Positions 48,700-61,022 of a stretch of DNA of 64,000 nt are shown here, piece by piece; the stretch's first letter is position 1, and each line of letters starts with the position of its first letter. The stretch covers positions 55,986,001 through 56,050,000 of the forward strand of contig OX597823.1 of the NCBI GenBank assembly GCA_951406725.2, read 5' to 3'. This stretch comes from Octopus vulgaris. Lineage: Eukaryota. The position numbers and the translations under genes are program-made. A model generated the notes under the pieces. It was not told where the DNA came from. It did no database searches and worked only from the letters and a program-made list of their open reading frames with translations.

Positions 48700-51600
48700 G
48701 TGAGAAGATATATTCTCAACGCAAAAAGAATATCAGAAATAGAAATAGAACATTTAAAAGAAAAAATACATCAGGAAAATGTAGATAGAAGCCACACAAC
48801 AATGCCAAATAATATGAACACTGAGATAGCAAAACACGAAGACAAACGTAACATTCCCAACAAAAACGATGTAAACAAAAAACAACAAAACCAGACTGTA
48901 AGAATGCATAACTGAAGACTGCCACAGAAAGAAGAAAGGCCTCAGTATGGCATGGATCGACTACAGAAAGGCGTTTGATAGCATCCCCCACACATGGATC
49001 CTCGAAACACTAGCCATTAACAAAGTAGCACCAACAATTATAAAATACATAGGACACTCTATGAATAAATGACAAACAGTGCTACACCTCCAAACAAAAG
49101 AGGGACTCATGAAAACCAAAGACATCCCCATTAGAAAAGGAATATTCCAGGGAGACACACTCTCTCCACTCCTTTTCTGCTTGGCACTGTCACCTCTATC
49201 TGATTTGTTAAATAGAACTGGATGCGGATATAAATGTTACGGCAAAACGATCAGCCACCTTTTATATATGGATGACTTAAAACTATACGCTGCAAATGAC
49301 TTAAAACTATACGCTGCAAATGACAAACAGCTGGAAACACTACTAAAGACAGTTCATGGATTTACCAAAGAAATAGATATGAAATTTGGATTAGAAAAAT
49401 GCGCCAAAGTAACCCTGAGAAAAAGGAAAACTAGTTAAGAGTAGCAACATCACACTAGATAAAACCAATGAAATAAAAGAATTAGACCAAAGCCAAACTT
49501 ACAAATACTTAGGAATCCATGAACTAGATAAGACACAACACACACAAATGAAAGAGAAAAGTAAGAAAAGAATATCATAGACGAGTTAGATCAATACTAA
49601 AACAGAGCTCAATGCTAAAAAACATGATAATAGGTATTAACACTTTAGCCGTCCCAGTTATAAGTTACAGCTACAATATCCTTAACTGGACACTAAATGA
49701 ACTGACCAAAATAGATAGGAAAACAAGAAAAATCACCCAAAATCTGACATACAAAGACTATATATACAACGTATAGAAGGTGGTAGAGGCCTTATACAGC
49801 TGGAAAACTACTATAAAATAACCACCATAGGACTGCAAAAATATCTACTTCAGAAGGAAGGAAAACTGATACAAATAGCGGCAAAACACGAGCAAAACAA
49901 AAAACTGTTCTCAGTATTTAAGGAGGCTGACAAATACAAACAAGAAATCATACCACCTAACAAATTTATGAAGAAAAAGAAGAAGAAGAAGAAACAACAA
50001 AAGCTATAAAACAAATGAAAAGAACAGCAAAGAACCATGATAAAACGATGGCAAGAAAAGCCCCTCATGGCAAATATGGACTAAACTAAATGTAAAAGAA
50101 ATAGGCAAAGAAAAATCCCAGCAATGGTTGAGAACTCTGACCAAACAAAGAGACAGGGACACAAGACCAAAGCCTCCCCACCAGAAAACAAAAAACATGT
50201 AAAAAAAGACATCCCCATTAGAAAAGGAATATTCCAGGGAGACACACTCTCTCATCTCCTTTTCTGCTTGGCACTGTCACCTCTATCTGATTTGTTAAAT
50301 AGAACTGGATGCGGATATAAATGTTACGGCAAAACGATCAGCCACCTTTTATATATGGATGACTTAAAACTATACGCTGCAAATGACTTAAAACTATACG
50401 CTGCAAATGACAAACAGCTGGAAACACTACTAAAGACAGTTCATGGATTTACCAAAGAAATAGATATGAAATTTGGATTAGAAAAATGCGCCAAAGTAAC
50501 CCTGAAAAGAGGAAAACTAGTTAAGAGTAGCAACATCACACTAGATAAAACCAATGAAATAAAAGAATTAGACCAAAGCCAAACTTACAAATACTTAGGA
50601 ATCCATGAACTAGATAAGACACAACACACACAAATGAAAGAGAAAATAAGAAAAGAATATCATAGACGAGTTAGATCAATACTAAAACAGAGCTCAATGC
50701 TAAAAAACATGATAATAGGTATTAACACTTTAGCCGTCCCAGTTATAAGTTACAGCTACAATATCCTTAACTGGACACTAAATGAACTGACCAAAATAGA
50801 TAGGAAAACAAGAAAAATCACCCAAAATCTGACATAGGAAGACTATATATACAACGTATAGAAGGTGGTAGAGGCCTTATACAGCTGGAAAACTACTATA
50901 AAATAACCACCATAGGACTGCAAAAATATCTACTTCAGAAGGAAGGAAAACTGATACAAATAGCGGCAAAACACGAGCAAAACAAAAAACTGTTCTCAGT
51001 ATTTAAGGAGGCTGACAAATACAAACAAGAAATCATACCACCTAACAAATATGAAGAAAAAGAAGAAGAAGAAGAAACAACAAAAGCTATAAAACAAATG
51101 AAAAGAACAGCAAAGAACCATGATAAAACGATGGCAAGAAAAGCCCCTTCATGGCAAATACTGGACTAAACTAAATGTAAAAGAAATAGGCAAAGAAAAA
51201 TCCCAGCAATGGTTGAGAAGCTCGTGACTCAAAGCAGAGACAGGGGGGTTTTTAATTGCAGCACAAGACCAAAGCCTCCCCACCAGAAATTACCAAAAAC
51301 ATGTAATGAAAAGAAATATAACAAGTAACTGCAGAATATGTGGAGATGGACAACAAACAATAAATCATATTATCTCTGGATGCCCAGTTCTGGCTAAGAA
51401 GGAATATATTCACAGACACGACAGAGTTGGGACATACATACACTGGAAGCTATGCCAACATTATGGAATAACAACAGAAAAAAGATGGTATAGGAACACA
51501 CCAGAAAAGGTCACAGAAAACGAGAAAGCAACCATACTCTGGGATATGCCGATACACACAGATAGAGAAATTAAGGCCAACAGACCAGATATAGTTGTCA

Positions 51601-51975
51601 GAGATCATGAAGAAAAAAATGCTTTCTAATTGATGTATCAATACCAGCAGATGACAAAGTGTCTCTAAAAGAAATCGAGAAACTTTCAAAATACAAAGAC
51701 CTGGAAATAGAGGTAACCAGAATGTGGAATCTAAAAACAGAAACAATTCCTATCATAGTAGGTGCATTAGGCATGATAAAAAAATATTCAGACAAGTACA
51801 TAACAAAAACACCAGGACTTACAAACACATATAACATACAGAAAATTGCACTACTAGGCATTGCATACATCCATACAATAACCATCAGAGCATCACAACA
51901 AATCACAGCACATACCCAAGGCACACAGAGCTGCGCTCGGTAGTGAAGTGAATGCACGCTATAAAAATAAAACTA

Positions 51976-51980
<5 letters not shown>
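48700..51980 (+). mobile_element. Dong/R4-clade non-LTR retrotransposon (RT + restriction-like endonuclease), deleted and internally duplicated, in a (TAA)n target
   Basis: KGIFQGDTLSPLLF, HLLYMDDLKLY, FGLEKC, YKYLG, CRIC...TINHIISGC...YIHRHD, NRPDIV, IDVSIP; (AAT)n on both sides. Confidence 0.95.
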
Positions 51981-52043
<63 letters not shown>

Positions 52044-52059
52044 TAACAATGATAATAAT

Positions 52060-52387
52060 TTGGAGCATTCCGTTGGTTACAACGACGAGGGTCCCAGCTG
52101 ATACGATAAACGGAACAGCTTGCTCGTTAAATTAACGTGGAAATGGCTGAGCATTCCACAGACACGTGTATCCTTAACGTAGTTCGCAAGGAGATTCAAC
52201 GTGACACAGAGTGTGACAAAGCTGGCCCTTTTGAAATACAGGTACTACTCATTTTTGCCAGCTGAGTGAACTGGAGCAACGTGAAATAAAGTGTCTCTCT
52301 CAAGAACAAAACGCGTCGTCGGGAATCGAACTCACAACCTTGCGATCATGAGCCGAATGCGCTAACCACTAAGCCACGCGCCCTCAC
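52060..52387 (-). mobile_element. SINE family C inside (AAT)n
   Basis: Minus strand GAGGGCGCGTGGCTTAGTGGTTAG, GAGTTCGATTCCC. Confidence 0.85.
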
Positions 52388-52479
<92 letters not shown>

Positions 52480-52992
52480 TCTTAACTGATTGGAAGTGTT
52501 ATCATGTACATTGTTTTGTCTTGGTATAAAAGATGGGCTACAGCAAATATTCTGCTCAATACCACAGATTTACTTGTCAGTTGTTTGACCTTAACCAGTT
52601 GAGCATGTCCCTTAGTGGCTGACAATATGTGCATCTCTGATCACGAGCGGAAGTAGTAGGGGAGCATCATAGCCATGTGTTGAGAGGGATTCTATGGAGT
52701 TTGAATGATTCATCTCTGGAAACATAGGTGTTTCATTCAACATCCTTAAACAACCCTTATTCAAGGACCTTTTGAGCGGGATGGGTTACTCGACCAGAAG
52801 GAAATTCTAACTGGGCTCTACCTGCAAGATCATGTGCTGTTTATCTTGATATGAGATCACCATGTCGCGCACATATGGTTGTGATGCATGTGCCTGGTGT
52901 ACCCTTATCAGACGGGTAGTCATGATGGGTATACTTGGCTTCGTATATTTTACCCCAGTGTCACTTTGATGGCATGCACTGCTCTCTCACTC

Positions 52993-52993
<1 letters not shown>
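52480..52993 (+). mobile_element. Second copy of the (AAT)n-associated retroposon segment seen at 5601-6150
   Basis: Reverse-complement similarity over ~500 bp. Confidence 0.75.
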
Positions 52994-53047
<54 letters not shown>

Positions 53048-53069
53048 GTAATAATAACAATATGTTCAG

Positions 53070-53290
53070 GACCTATCTATGAAGGTGAAGAGATTGTGGA
53101 ACGCAATAGAGACAGTTCTATAAATTGGTTCCCCTGGCACAGCGACAAACTTCTACCAAAGAGACTGAAGGATACTGGAATCAAAACATGAAGTGTCCAT
53201 ACTGTATTTTGCAAGTATCTTAAGTAAGACTTTTGAGATTTGAGGAGACGTGTGGTCAGCAAGCTTCAAGATAATACCCGTTATTAAATT
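53070..53290 (+). mobile_element. Old Dong/R4-like 3' fragment
   Basis: Remnants VKRLWN...ILYFASILSKTFEI*GD. Confidence 0.4.
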
Positions 53291-53309
53291 AGCATTTCTC
53301 TTTTATCTC

Positions 53310-54105
53310 TCTCTTCTACTTGTTTCAGTCATTTGACTGCGGCCATGCTGGAGCACCTCCTTTAATCGAGTAACTCGATCCCGGAACTTATTCTTTGTAA
53401 GCCTAGTACTTATTCTATCGGTCTGTCTTTTGCCGAACCGCTAAGTTACGGGGACATAAACACACCAGCATCGGTTGTCAAGCGATGTTGGATGAGACAA
53501 ACACAGACACACAAACATACACGCACACATATATATATACGTATATACAACGGGCTTCTTTCAGTTTCCGTCTACCAAATCCACTCACAAGGCTTTGGTC
53601 GCCATGAGGCTATAGTAGAAGACACTTGCCCAAGGTGCCACGCTGTGGGACTGAACCCAGAACCATGTGGTTGGTAAACAAGCTACTTACCACACAGCCA
53701 CTCCTGTTGTTTTTGTTTTTTTTTACTTTTTACCTCTCACTTTTTCCGGTCGTTGTACTGTGACCATGCTGGGGCACCGTCTTGAAGGATTTAGTCGAAC
53801 AAATCAACGTCAGTACTTATTTTTAAGTCTATGCTCTTTTATCGGTGTTTTTTGCTGAACCACTAAATCATGGGGATATAAACAAACTAACATTGGTTTT
53901 CAAGCTCTGTGGCAGGTTGGGGGGACAAACACAAACACAAAGGCACACGCCCATTACATATATACGGCGGGTTTCCATACTGTGCCCGTCCACGAAATTG
54001 ACTCTCAAGGCTACAGTAGAAGACAGCTGGTCAATGTGTCGTACAGTAGGACTGAACCAGAATCCAAGTAGTTGCAAAGCGAATTTTTTAATTACACATC
54101 CATGC
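53310..54105 (-). mobile_element. Two tandem SINE family B copies
   Basis: 53310-53706 is well conserved; 53720-54105 is diverged. Confidence 0.85.
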
Positions 54106-54579
54106 CTGAATACAAGGCCAGAAATTTGAGGGAAAGGAAATTGTACTTTGACAATTGTAAAAAAAAAAAAAATGTTATAAGACTGGTGGTGCCGGGTAGA
54201 AAATCCAGTTGTTACACGTGTATTAATAAACAGTTTGAGAAGTCTCCGTCCAGAAGAGCTTCGAATGCAGAGAAACAAATAAAGTAATGAATATTAGGGA
54301 TAGCGAAAGAGGTCACATAAGCTTTTGTTTACCGAGCTCCATCAGCCGCACCATTCCTTACGGCAACGGGAGTAGCAGTAAAACAAAACACACCGCCTCG
54401 TCCTCTATGCCAGAAGTCAACGACAAAGAAGACACCGCCACCTGCACATAGCATAGAGAAGCAGCCCTATCATCTTACATCAGTGTTTCCCAACCGTTTT
54501 GTTACTTATGGGTACCCCTGATTCCTATTTTACTCGGATGAACCATCATAGCCAGTGGCTGTTTGAAAAATCCTATTAT

Positions 54580-55379
54580 ATTCTTTTACTCTTTTACTTG
54601 TTTCAGTCATTTCACTGCAGCCATGCTGGAGCACCGCCTTTGGTCGAGCAGATCGACCCCAGGACTCATTCTTTGCAAGCCTAGTACTTATTCTATCGGT
54701 CTCTTTTGCCGAACCGCTAGTTACCGGGACGTAAACACACTAGCATCGGTTGTCAAGCGATATTGGGGGAGGAGTCCAACACACACACACAAACATATAC
54801 ACACACATACATATATATATATACATATATACGTCGAGCTTCTTTCAGTTTCCGTCTACCAAATCCACTCACAAGACCTTGGTCGGCCCGACCCTTTGGC
54901 GGATGCCGGCGGGCGAGCGGGCGAAGGTGCCGAGGCGCACAACGACGGCAACAGAAAGGGTGAGGGCGTTCACTTTAGGGCGGCGGCGGAAAATCGGGGA
55001 CACGCCGGCCGTGTAGAGTCGATCACGCACCGGTGAGCGTGGGGCTACCCGTTGGCAGAAAGGAGCGACAAAAAAATCCCTTCCATACGGTCACCTCTTC
55101 CGATCACCCCCTTGGGGTGCGACGGTCACCTAGAGCGTGACTGTTCCGCGTGGCCCGACCCGTAAGTTTCCGGGACGGATCACGTCAGGGTATCGACCAC
55201 CTGGATCACGCGGTCCTCCCGGCGACAGCCCCCAGGCTGACGGTATCGGTCGCGATGACATCCATGTTGACGTGCGCGAGACCGCAAGATTTCGTTCGTT
55301 AACGACAATCGCGAGCTACTTACCACACAGCCATTCCTATGCCTCTAGCTACTTACCACACAGCCACTCCTACGCCTAT
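54580..55379 (-). mobile_element. SINE family B interrupted at 54892-55313, with a 33-bp tandem duplication of its head
   Basis: Family match up to GGTCGGCCCGA (54891), resuming at AGCTACTTACCACACAGCC (55314 and 55347). Confidence 0.9.
54892..55313 (+). other. Foreign-looking GC-rich insert; candidate structured RNA or bacterial-type DNA
   Basis: ~63% GC by hand count, CpG-rich, sharp boundaries, about ten local stem-loops, no homolog noticed elsewhere in the window. Confidence 0.75.
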
Positions 55380-55475
55380 GTTTATAATTAAATATTAGGA
55401 ATCATATTTAAAAATGTTCGAATATTTAGTGTATTGTAGAAATATAACCAATTTATTGTAGATAAATTTTGACTA

Positions 55476-55988
55476 CCGTAAATTCTCGAGTATAATCTGC
55501 ATTTTTTCCCAAAATTTAAAGGTCAAAATCCCTTGTGCGTACTATATACGAGGTTAAAAATTAAAAATATTTTCTAAGCAATGTCCGAGTCTCTATTTGC
55601 TGTCTGGCAATGTTTTTTTCAGACGCATTTTGTGATGTCGGGTGCGAAAATACCTTAAGATAAGCCCGAAAGCAATGAAGAATCATCTATAACTTGCAGT
55701 AAGCAACATTTATTAAAATAAAAGTATTCAGAACACAGAATAACATGTGACAAAAACAATTTGCAAGCATATTTACATTCCCATATAACAGTTAAGAACA
55801 TCACCATTATTGTATTACGCATGTGCGGAAGTGTTTGTTAGACTAGGTGCTGCTGGCTTAATTACGCACGACTCAAGTTAGAGATGGGGTGCGTATTATA
55901 CAAAATGTTTAGATTTTTCAGAGGTATAACCCACTAAAAATCTCCTGCGTATTATACTCAAGGGCGGACTATATTCGAGGATTTACGG
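55476..55988. mobile_element. Tc2/pogo-type MITE
   Basis: TIRs CCGTAAATTCTCGAGTATA / TATATTCGAGGATTTACGG; TA TSD. Confidence 0.85.
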
Positions 55989-56289
55989 TACTCTTAAATC
56001 TCATATTAACCCAACGTTGAGAACCACTATCGTACATCATTGAGATGGATACAGAGAATGAGCAGGTACTGTGTACAGTCGAAGCCGGTGGGGAAGAAAA
56101 GAAAGACGAGACACCCAAGAATTAGAAATGAACCTAAAGGAAGCGAGTAGAAAGTGCAAAGAGGACTTATCTTCTAATGCGAAATTACGAAGCTGACAGC
56201 CTTTCGGACCGTCAGCTGAAGGACTACCCGAAAGAACTGGGGGGGGGGGGGGAAACACAAATTTATAAAGAGATTAAAAAAAAATTTTT

Positions 56290-57722
56290 TAGTTGTTATA
56301 GTCATTGGACTGCAGCCATTCTGGGACATTGCTTTGACGGGTTTAGTCATACCAATCGACCCTAGTACATATTTTTTTCAAAGTCAGTCTGCTTTTTATT
56401 CTATCGGTCTCATTTACTGAAGTGCTAAGTTACTGGGCCGTAAACAAAGTAACACCGGTTGTCAACCGTTCGGACATACATGTGCATGTGCACACACACA
56501 CACACACACACACATTTATGCTTTGGGCCTTCACACGGTTTGCCTCTACCAAAGTCACCCAGTCACCCACAAGGTGTTGATCGCCACAAGGCTATCGTAG
56601 AAAATACTTCTACTAGGTGCCGTGTAGTGGGACAGAACCCAAAATCACGGTGTTGCAAACCGAGCTTCTTAAGCACATAGCCATATAAATTTGCACTTTT
56701 GCGAGGAGATGCCCCACAATTTTATGGAGATTTGGTTTGTTACAAGGTTTTATAAAGTGTTTTATGTTAATCGCCAGGAGAATTTTAGGCCCTTTCTTAG
56801 CCAAATCGACACATGAGTTACATACGGGAAATTTAGAGTCTAAACACATCGAGTACCTCTGAAGAGTAAACAAACGGGTAAGGTGGTGGTTAATGTTGTA
56901 GCACACTTTAACATTAGCCAAGGTAAAGACATTTTTACGGGAATATGGGTGGGTTCTCTATTATTTGTTTTGTATTTGTACTTAAATTTTTGTTTTAATT
57001 ATATCTGATGATATAATTAAATTGAAATTTAAGTACATCAAGAAGTATAAAATATTTACATACGGCGCAGGCGTGTCTATGTGATAAGAAGCTTGCTTCC
57101 CAACTATATATTCTGGGTTCAGTCCCACTGCATAGACATCTTGGGCAAGCGTCTTCTACTATAGCCTCGGGCCGACCATAGCCTTGTGAGTGGATTTGGT
57201 AGATGGAAACTGAAAGAAGCCCGTCGTGTATATATATATATATATATATATGAATACGTGTCTTTGTATCTGTGTTTGTCCACCACCGTCGCTTGATAAC
57301 CGATGTTGATGTGTTTATGTCCCTGTAATTAGCGGTTCGGCAAAAGGATGATAGAATAAGTACCAAGCGTACGAAGAATAAGTCATGGGTCGATTTCTTC
57401 GACTAAAAGGCGGTGCTCCGGCATTGCTGCAGTCAAATGACTGAAACAAGTAAAAGAATATGTAATTTTATAACATTACATTTTAATATATTATATATTT
57501 TATGGCGGCGAGCAGGCAGAATCTTCAGCATGCCTGGTAAAATGCTTTGTGGCATTTCATCTCATCCGTATTTATCTTCTGAGTTCAAATACCGCCGAAG
57601 TCGACTTTGCCATTCGTGCTTTCAAGATCGATAAAATAAACATCAGTTGAGCATTGGGTTAATGTGTAATCGACTTACCTTCTGTGTCAAAATTGCTGCC
57701 CTTGGGGCAACATTTGAAACCA
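56290..57722. mobile_element. SINE B (56290-56685, -), SINE B (57063-57458, +), SINE A (57503-57722, +)
   Basis: Family head and body matches. Confidence 0.75.
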
Positions 57723-58304
57723 AAGTATTATATAACATTCATGGGTTTTTATATAACTTTGTACATACGCCTCCACAGATCTTTGTTTTCTCACGCATTA
57801 TTTAATGAGGCACACGAAAGGCCTAAATTGAATTATTTTTATAATCAATATTCTGTATAATCAATATTCCCGCCCAACATATTGTCTCTACAATGATCTC
57901 TATTCATAAGCAAGCCACGCATACACACACACGCACACAAATACACGCACTCACACACAAGCACATACTTATACAGACACTGAAACACACACATACATAT
58001 ATACGGTGTATGTATATGGTTTTGCGTATATATTTGTATATATATGTGTATATATATTTACATATAGATTTCAGTTTTTACCTGAGAATAAAAACTTGTA
58101 TAGGAAAGACCTCCCTATACCATCAAACCTTGCACTGGAGGCAAGGTTTGATGGTATTCAACAACTGAATATTGCAGCCATTCTGAATATCTTCAGGAAT
58201 ATAAAGAATATATCCTTGTTTTCACCAAACCAAAAGCAGAATAGCAAAATTCTTCCGATCATTTGTATCATTAGACGTATGTATTTTGCTATGACATTAC
58301 AGGA

Positions 58305-58609
58305 AAGCTAAACAAGATCTCATTAGTGACCCACGTACGTACATAAATACATAGATGTATATATTCATACGTACGTACATAAATACATACTTAAAACAAA
58401 ACATACAAATCTGCACATACACATACATACAAACAAAAATGCCCTGCTGATGTTGTTGAAATTCCAATGAAGAAGCCGTGTATCTTGGTTCGAAACCAAC
58501 TCTTTCTCTATAGGCAAGAAATCTTGAAATAAAACTGAATAATGACATACATACATACACACACATACATACACACACATACATACATACATACATACAT
58601 ACACACACA

Positions 58610-58641
<32 letters not shown>

Positions 58642-58799
58642 CACACATGCATGCATACATACATACATACACACACATACATATATACATGCATACATAC
58701 CTACATACATACATACATACATACATACATACATACATACATACATACATACATACATAAACATCGACAGACAAACATCCTCGCTTGTCATATTTGGGC
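58305..58799. mobile_element. ~500-bp non-autonomous element with internal (CATA)n; second copy at 61468-61973
   Basis: Identical ends AAAGCTAAACAAGA... and ...CTCGCTTGTCATATTTGGGC in both copies. Confidence 0.85.
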
Positions 58800-59200
58800 A
58801 AGTACTTCATCTAGTCCCTTAGATCTCCTTGACCGAGTTTAGAAGCAAGATTCTAGTTTGACTGGTCCCTCTTTTGCTTCAACTCTGCAACTCTTGCCAC
58901 AGTAATGTGACGTCGGTAGTCTTAGTCTTTTCAACGGTTATTGTCTCAGATCATGTTGCACCATCTCGCCTGACATGTAACTCGCAGCCTTTTCACCTAA
59001 ATGCTGTTTTGCTTCTACAAATAAGGAAGTCTCTTTACGGTCGTAGCTTTTTTTTCCCGATCTGCCAGGCTCTGGAACTCTCTTCCAGCTCATTGTTTTC
59101 CTTCTTACTTTGACCTGATCTCTTTCAAGTCTAAAGTAAATTCATTTCTTTCGCCTTAATTTCCCCCTTCTTCATAGACCCTCACACTATGTTGCTGCCG
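58800..59200 (+). mobile_element. CR1/Zenon-like LINE 3' fragment
   Basis: LDLLDRV...RKSLYGRSFF.RSARLWNSLPAHCFPSYFDLISFKSKVN. Confidence 0.7.
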
Positions 59201-59437
59201 CCCTATTTAGGACTTTCTTGAAAAGTTTGTCTCAAAAGTGGTAAGGAAGACAACTCCAGATTTTCCAATTGGCTAAAATTGAAATGAAAATATACAGTGG
59301 AGAATTTGATTTATGATAACTATCTTAAAAACTTCAGATCTGTTTTACTCTTATCTGACCATTTCAGCAAAGCATAGTCAGCACTTCAGAATGAATAATA
59401 GAGTTCTTTGTGGGATTCACTTATTGAGACCCATATC

Positions 59438-59672
59438 TATTTCTATTTCTTTATTACCTACAAGGGGCTAAACACTAGGGGACAAACAAGGACAGATATA
59501 GGTATTAAGTCGATTACATCGACCCCAGTGCGTAACTGGTACTTAATTTATCGACCCCGAAAGGATGAAAGGCAAAGTCGACCTCGGCGGAATTTGAACT
59601 CACGACGTAACGCAGACGAAATACCGCTATGCATTTCGCCCGGCGTGCTAACGATTCTGCCAGCTCGCCGCC
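59438..59672 (-). mobile_element. Young full-length SINE family A
   Basis: Perfect 14-bp TSD TTGAGACCCATATC at 59424-59437 and 59673-59686. Confidence 0.95.
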
Positions 59673-59874
59673 TTGAGACCCATATCAATACCTCCTCTCC
59701 GATGCACGAAGAGATTAGAGGCTGATAAAAATTCATAGTGTACCCAAAATCGTGCATAGCCGAACAAGTCTGGTTTTGCTTCTTTTTCTCTTTTTTTTTT
59801 TTTTGTTCATAACTTGGTTAACTTGTTAACTAATTCCACACATTTTACTGGATAAGTAAATTTAATGTGGTCTT

Positions 59875-59969
59875 AGGTTTTATCCCACTGTGTATCTTCT
59901 AATATAGCACTGGGCTGACCAGAGTCTTTTGAGTGGATTTGGTAGACTGAAACTGAAACTCTGTGTGCG

Positions 59970-60042
<73 letters not shown>

Positions 60043-60557
60043 TCTTTGCATCTATGTTTGTGCGTCTGTGTTGTGCTTGTCCTCCACCACTATCTAACAA
60101 CCAGTTGTTCAGGAAAGAGACTGATAGAATAACTGCCACACTTTAAAAATAGGTAATGAAATCCATTTATTCCAGTAAACCCTTCCACTAACTGAAGCAA
60201 GCCAAAGATAAAGACATACACATACCATTGTGAGCAACATGCAATTTCTGTCCTTTGAGAAATATGCATCTTATACCTCTGTATTGTATATACAAATCTC
60301 GCCACAATGAGCAAGATGGGTATTCCTTCTCTGATGATAGTTTAAGGGAACTTGAAACTTGTCAGATCGATTACACTTCTTCTGGCTCCAAAGGATTCAA
60401 TCACCTTCTTTAGTTTTCAAATAGAAGCTACTTCTGTATGCTTATTAAATAAAAAGGATGCCTTATATTAATCAAAAATTACCCCCAAAATGCTGTGTAG
60501 TGAATGAATATTTCTTATATATATATATACGTCTGTGTGCGTGTGTGTGTATGTCTC

Positions 60558-60596
<39 letters not shown>

Positions 60597-60782
60597 GTTT
60601 GCATTTCAGAGCCCCTCTCCCACATCTTGACACTCGTGAAAAACGTTGATATATTTGGGAAGTCCTTCGCCAGGTAATCTTTTTCTCTTAAATATCAGAA
60701 AACCAGCTGTTAATTGAGAATGCAGGGGAATGTTACGTTATGGGTGCTTAACGAACAACGTATATGTGTGCGTGTGTGCGCG

Positions 60783-60830
<48 letters not shown>

Positions 60831-60972
60831 GATTTATATATTTATATACTTATTTATTTATATGATATATACATATATACATATAGTGAAAGCGTCTTCT
60901 CCTGTAGCCTCGGGCTGACCAAAGACTTGTGAGTTAATTTCTTAGACGGAAACTGAAAGAAGCCCGCCGTAT

Positions 60973-61022
<50 letters not shown>

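Larger units (their letters stand above)
54481..56029. mobile_element. hAT-type MITE acting as host for nested insertions
   Basis: TIRs CAGTGTTTCCCAAC / GTTGAGAACCACTA; 8-bp TSD TCTTACAT (54473-80) and TCGTACAT (56030-37). Confidence 0.75.

Noticed and set aside
54563-55391. ORFs of 157, 88, 66 and 84 aa over the GC-rich insert
   Set aside because: They start or end in SINE sequence and persist because high GC depletes stops; no recognisable domain
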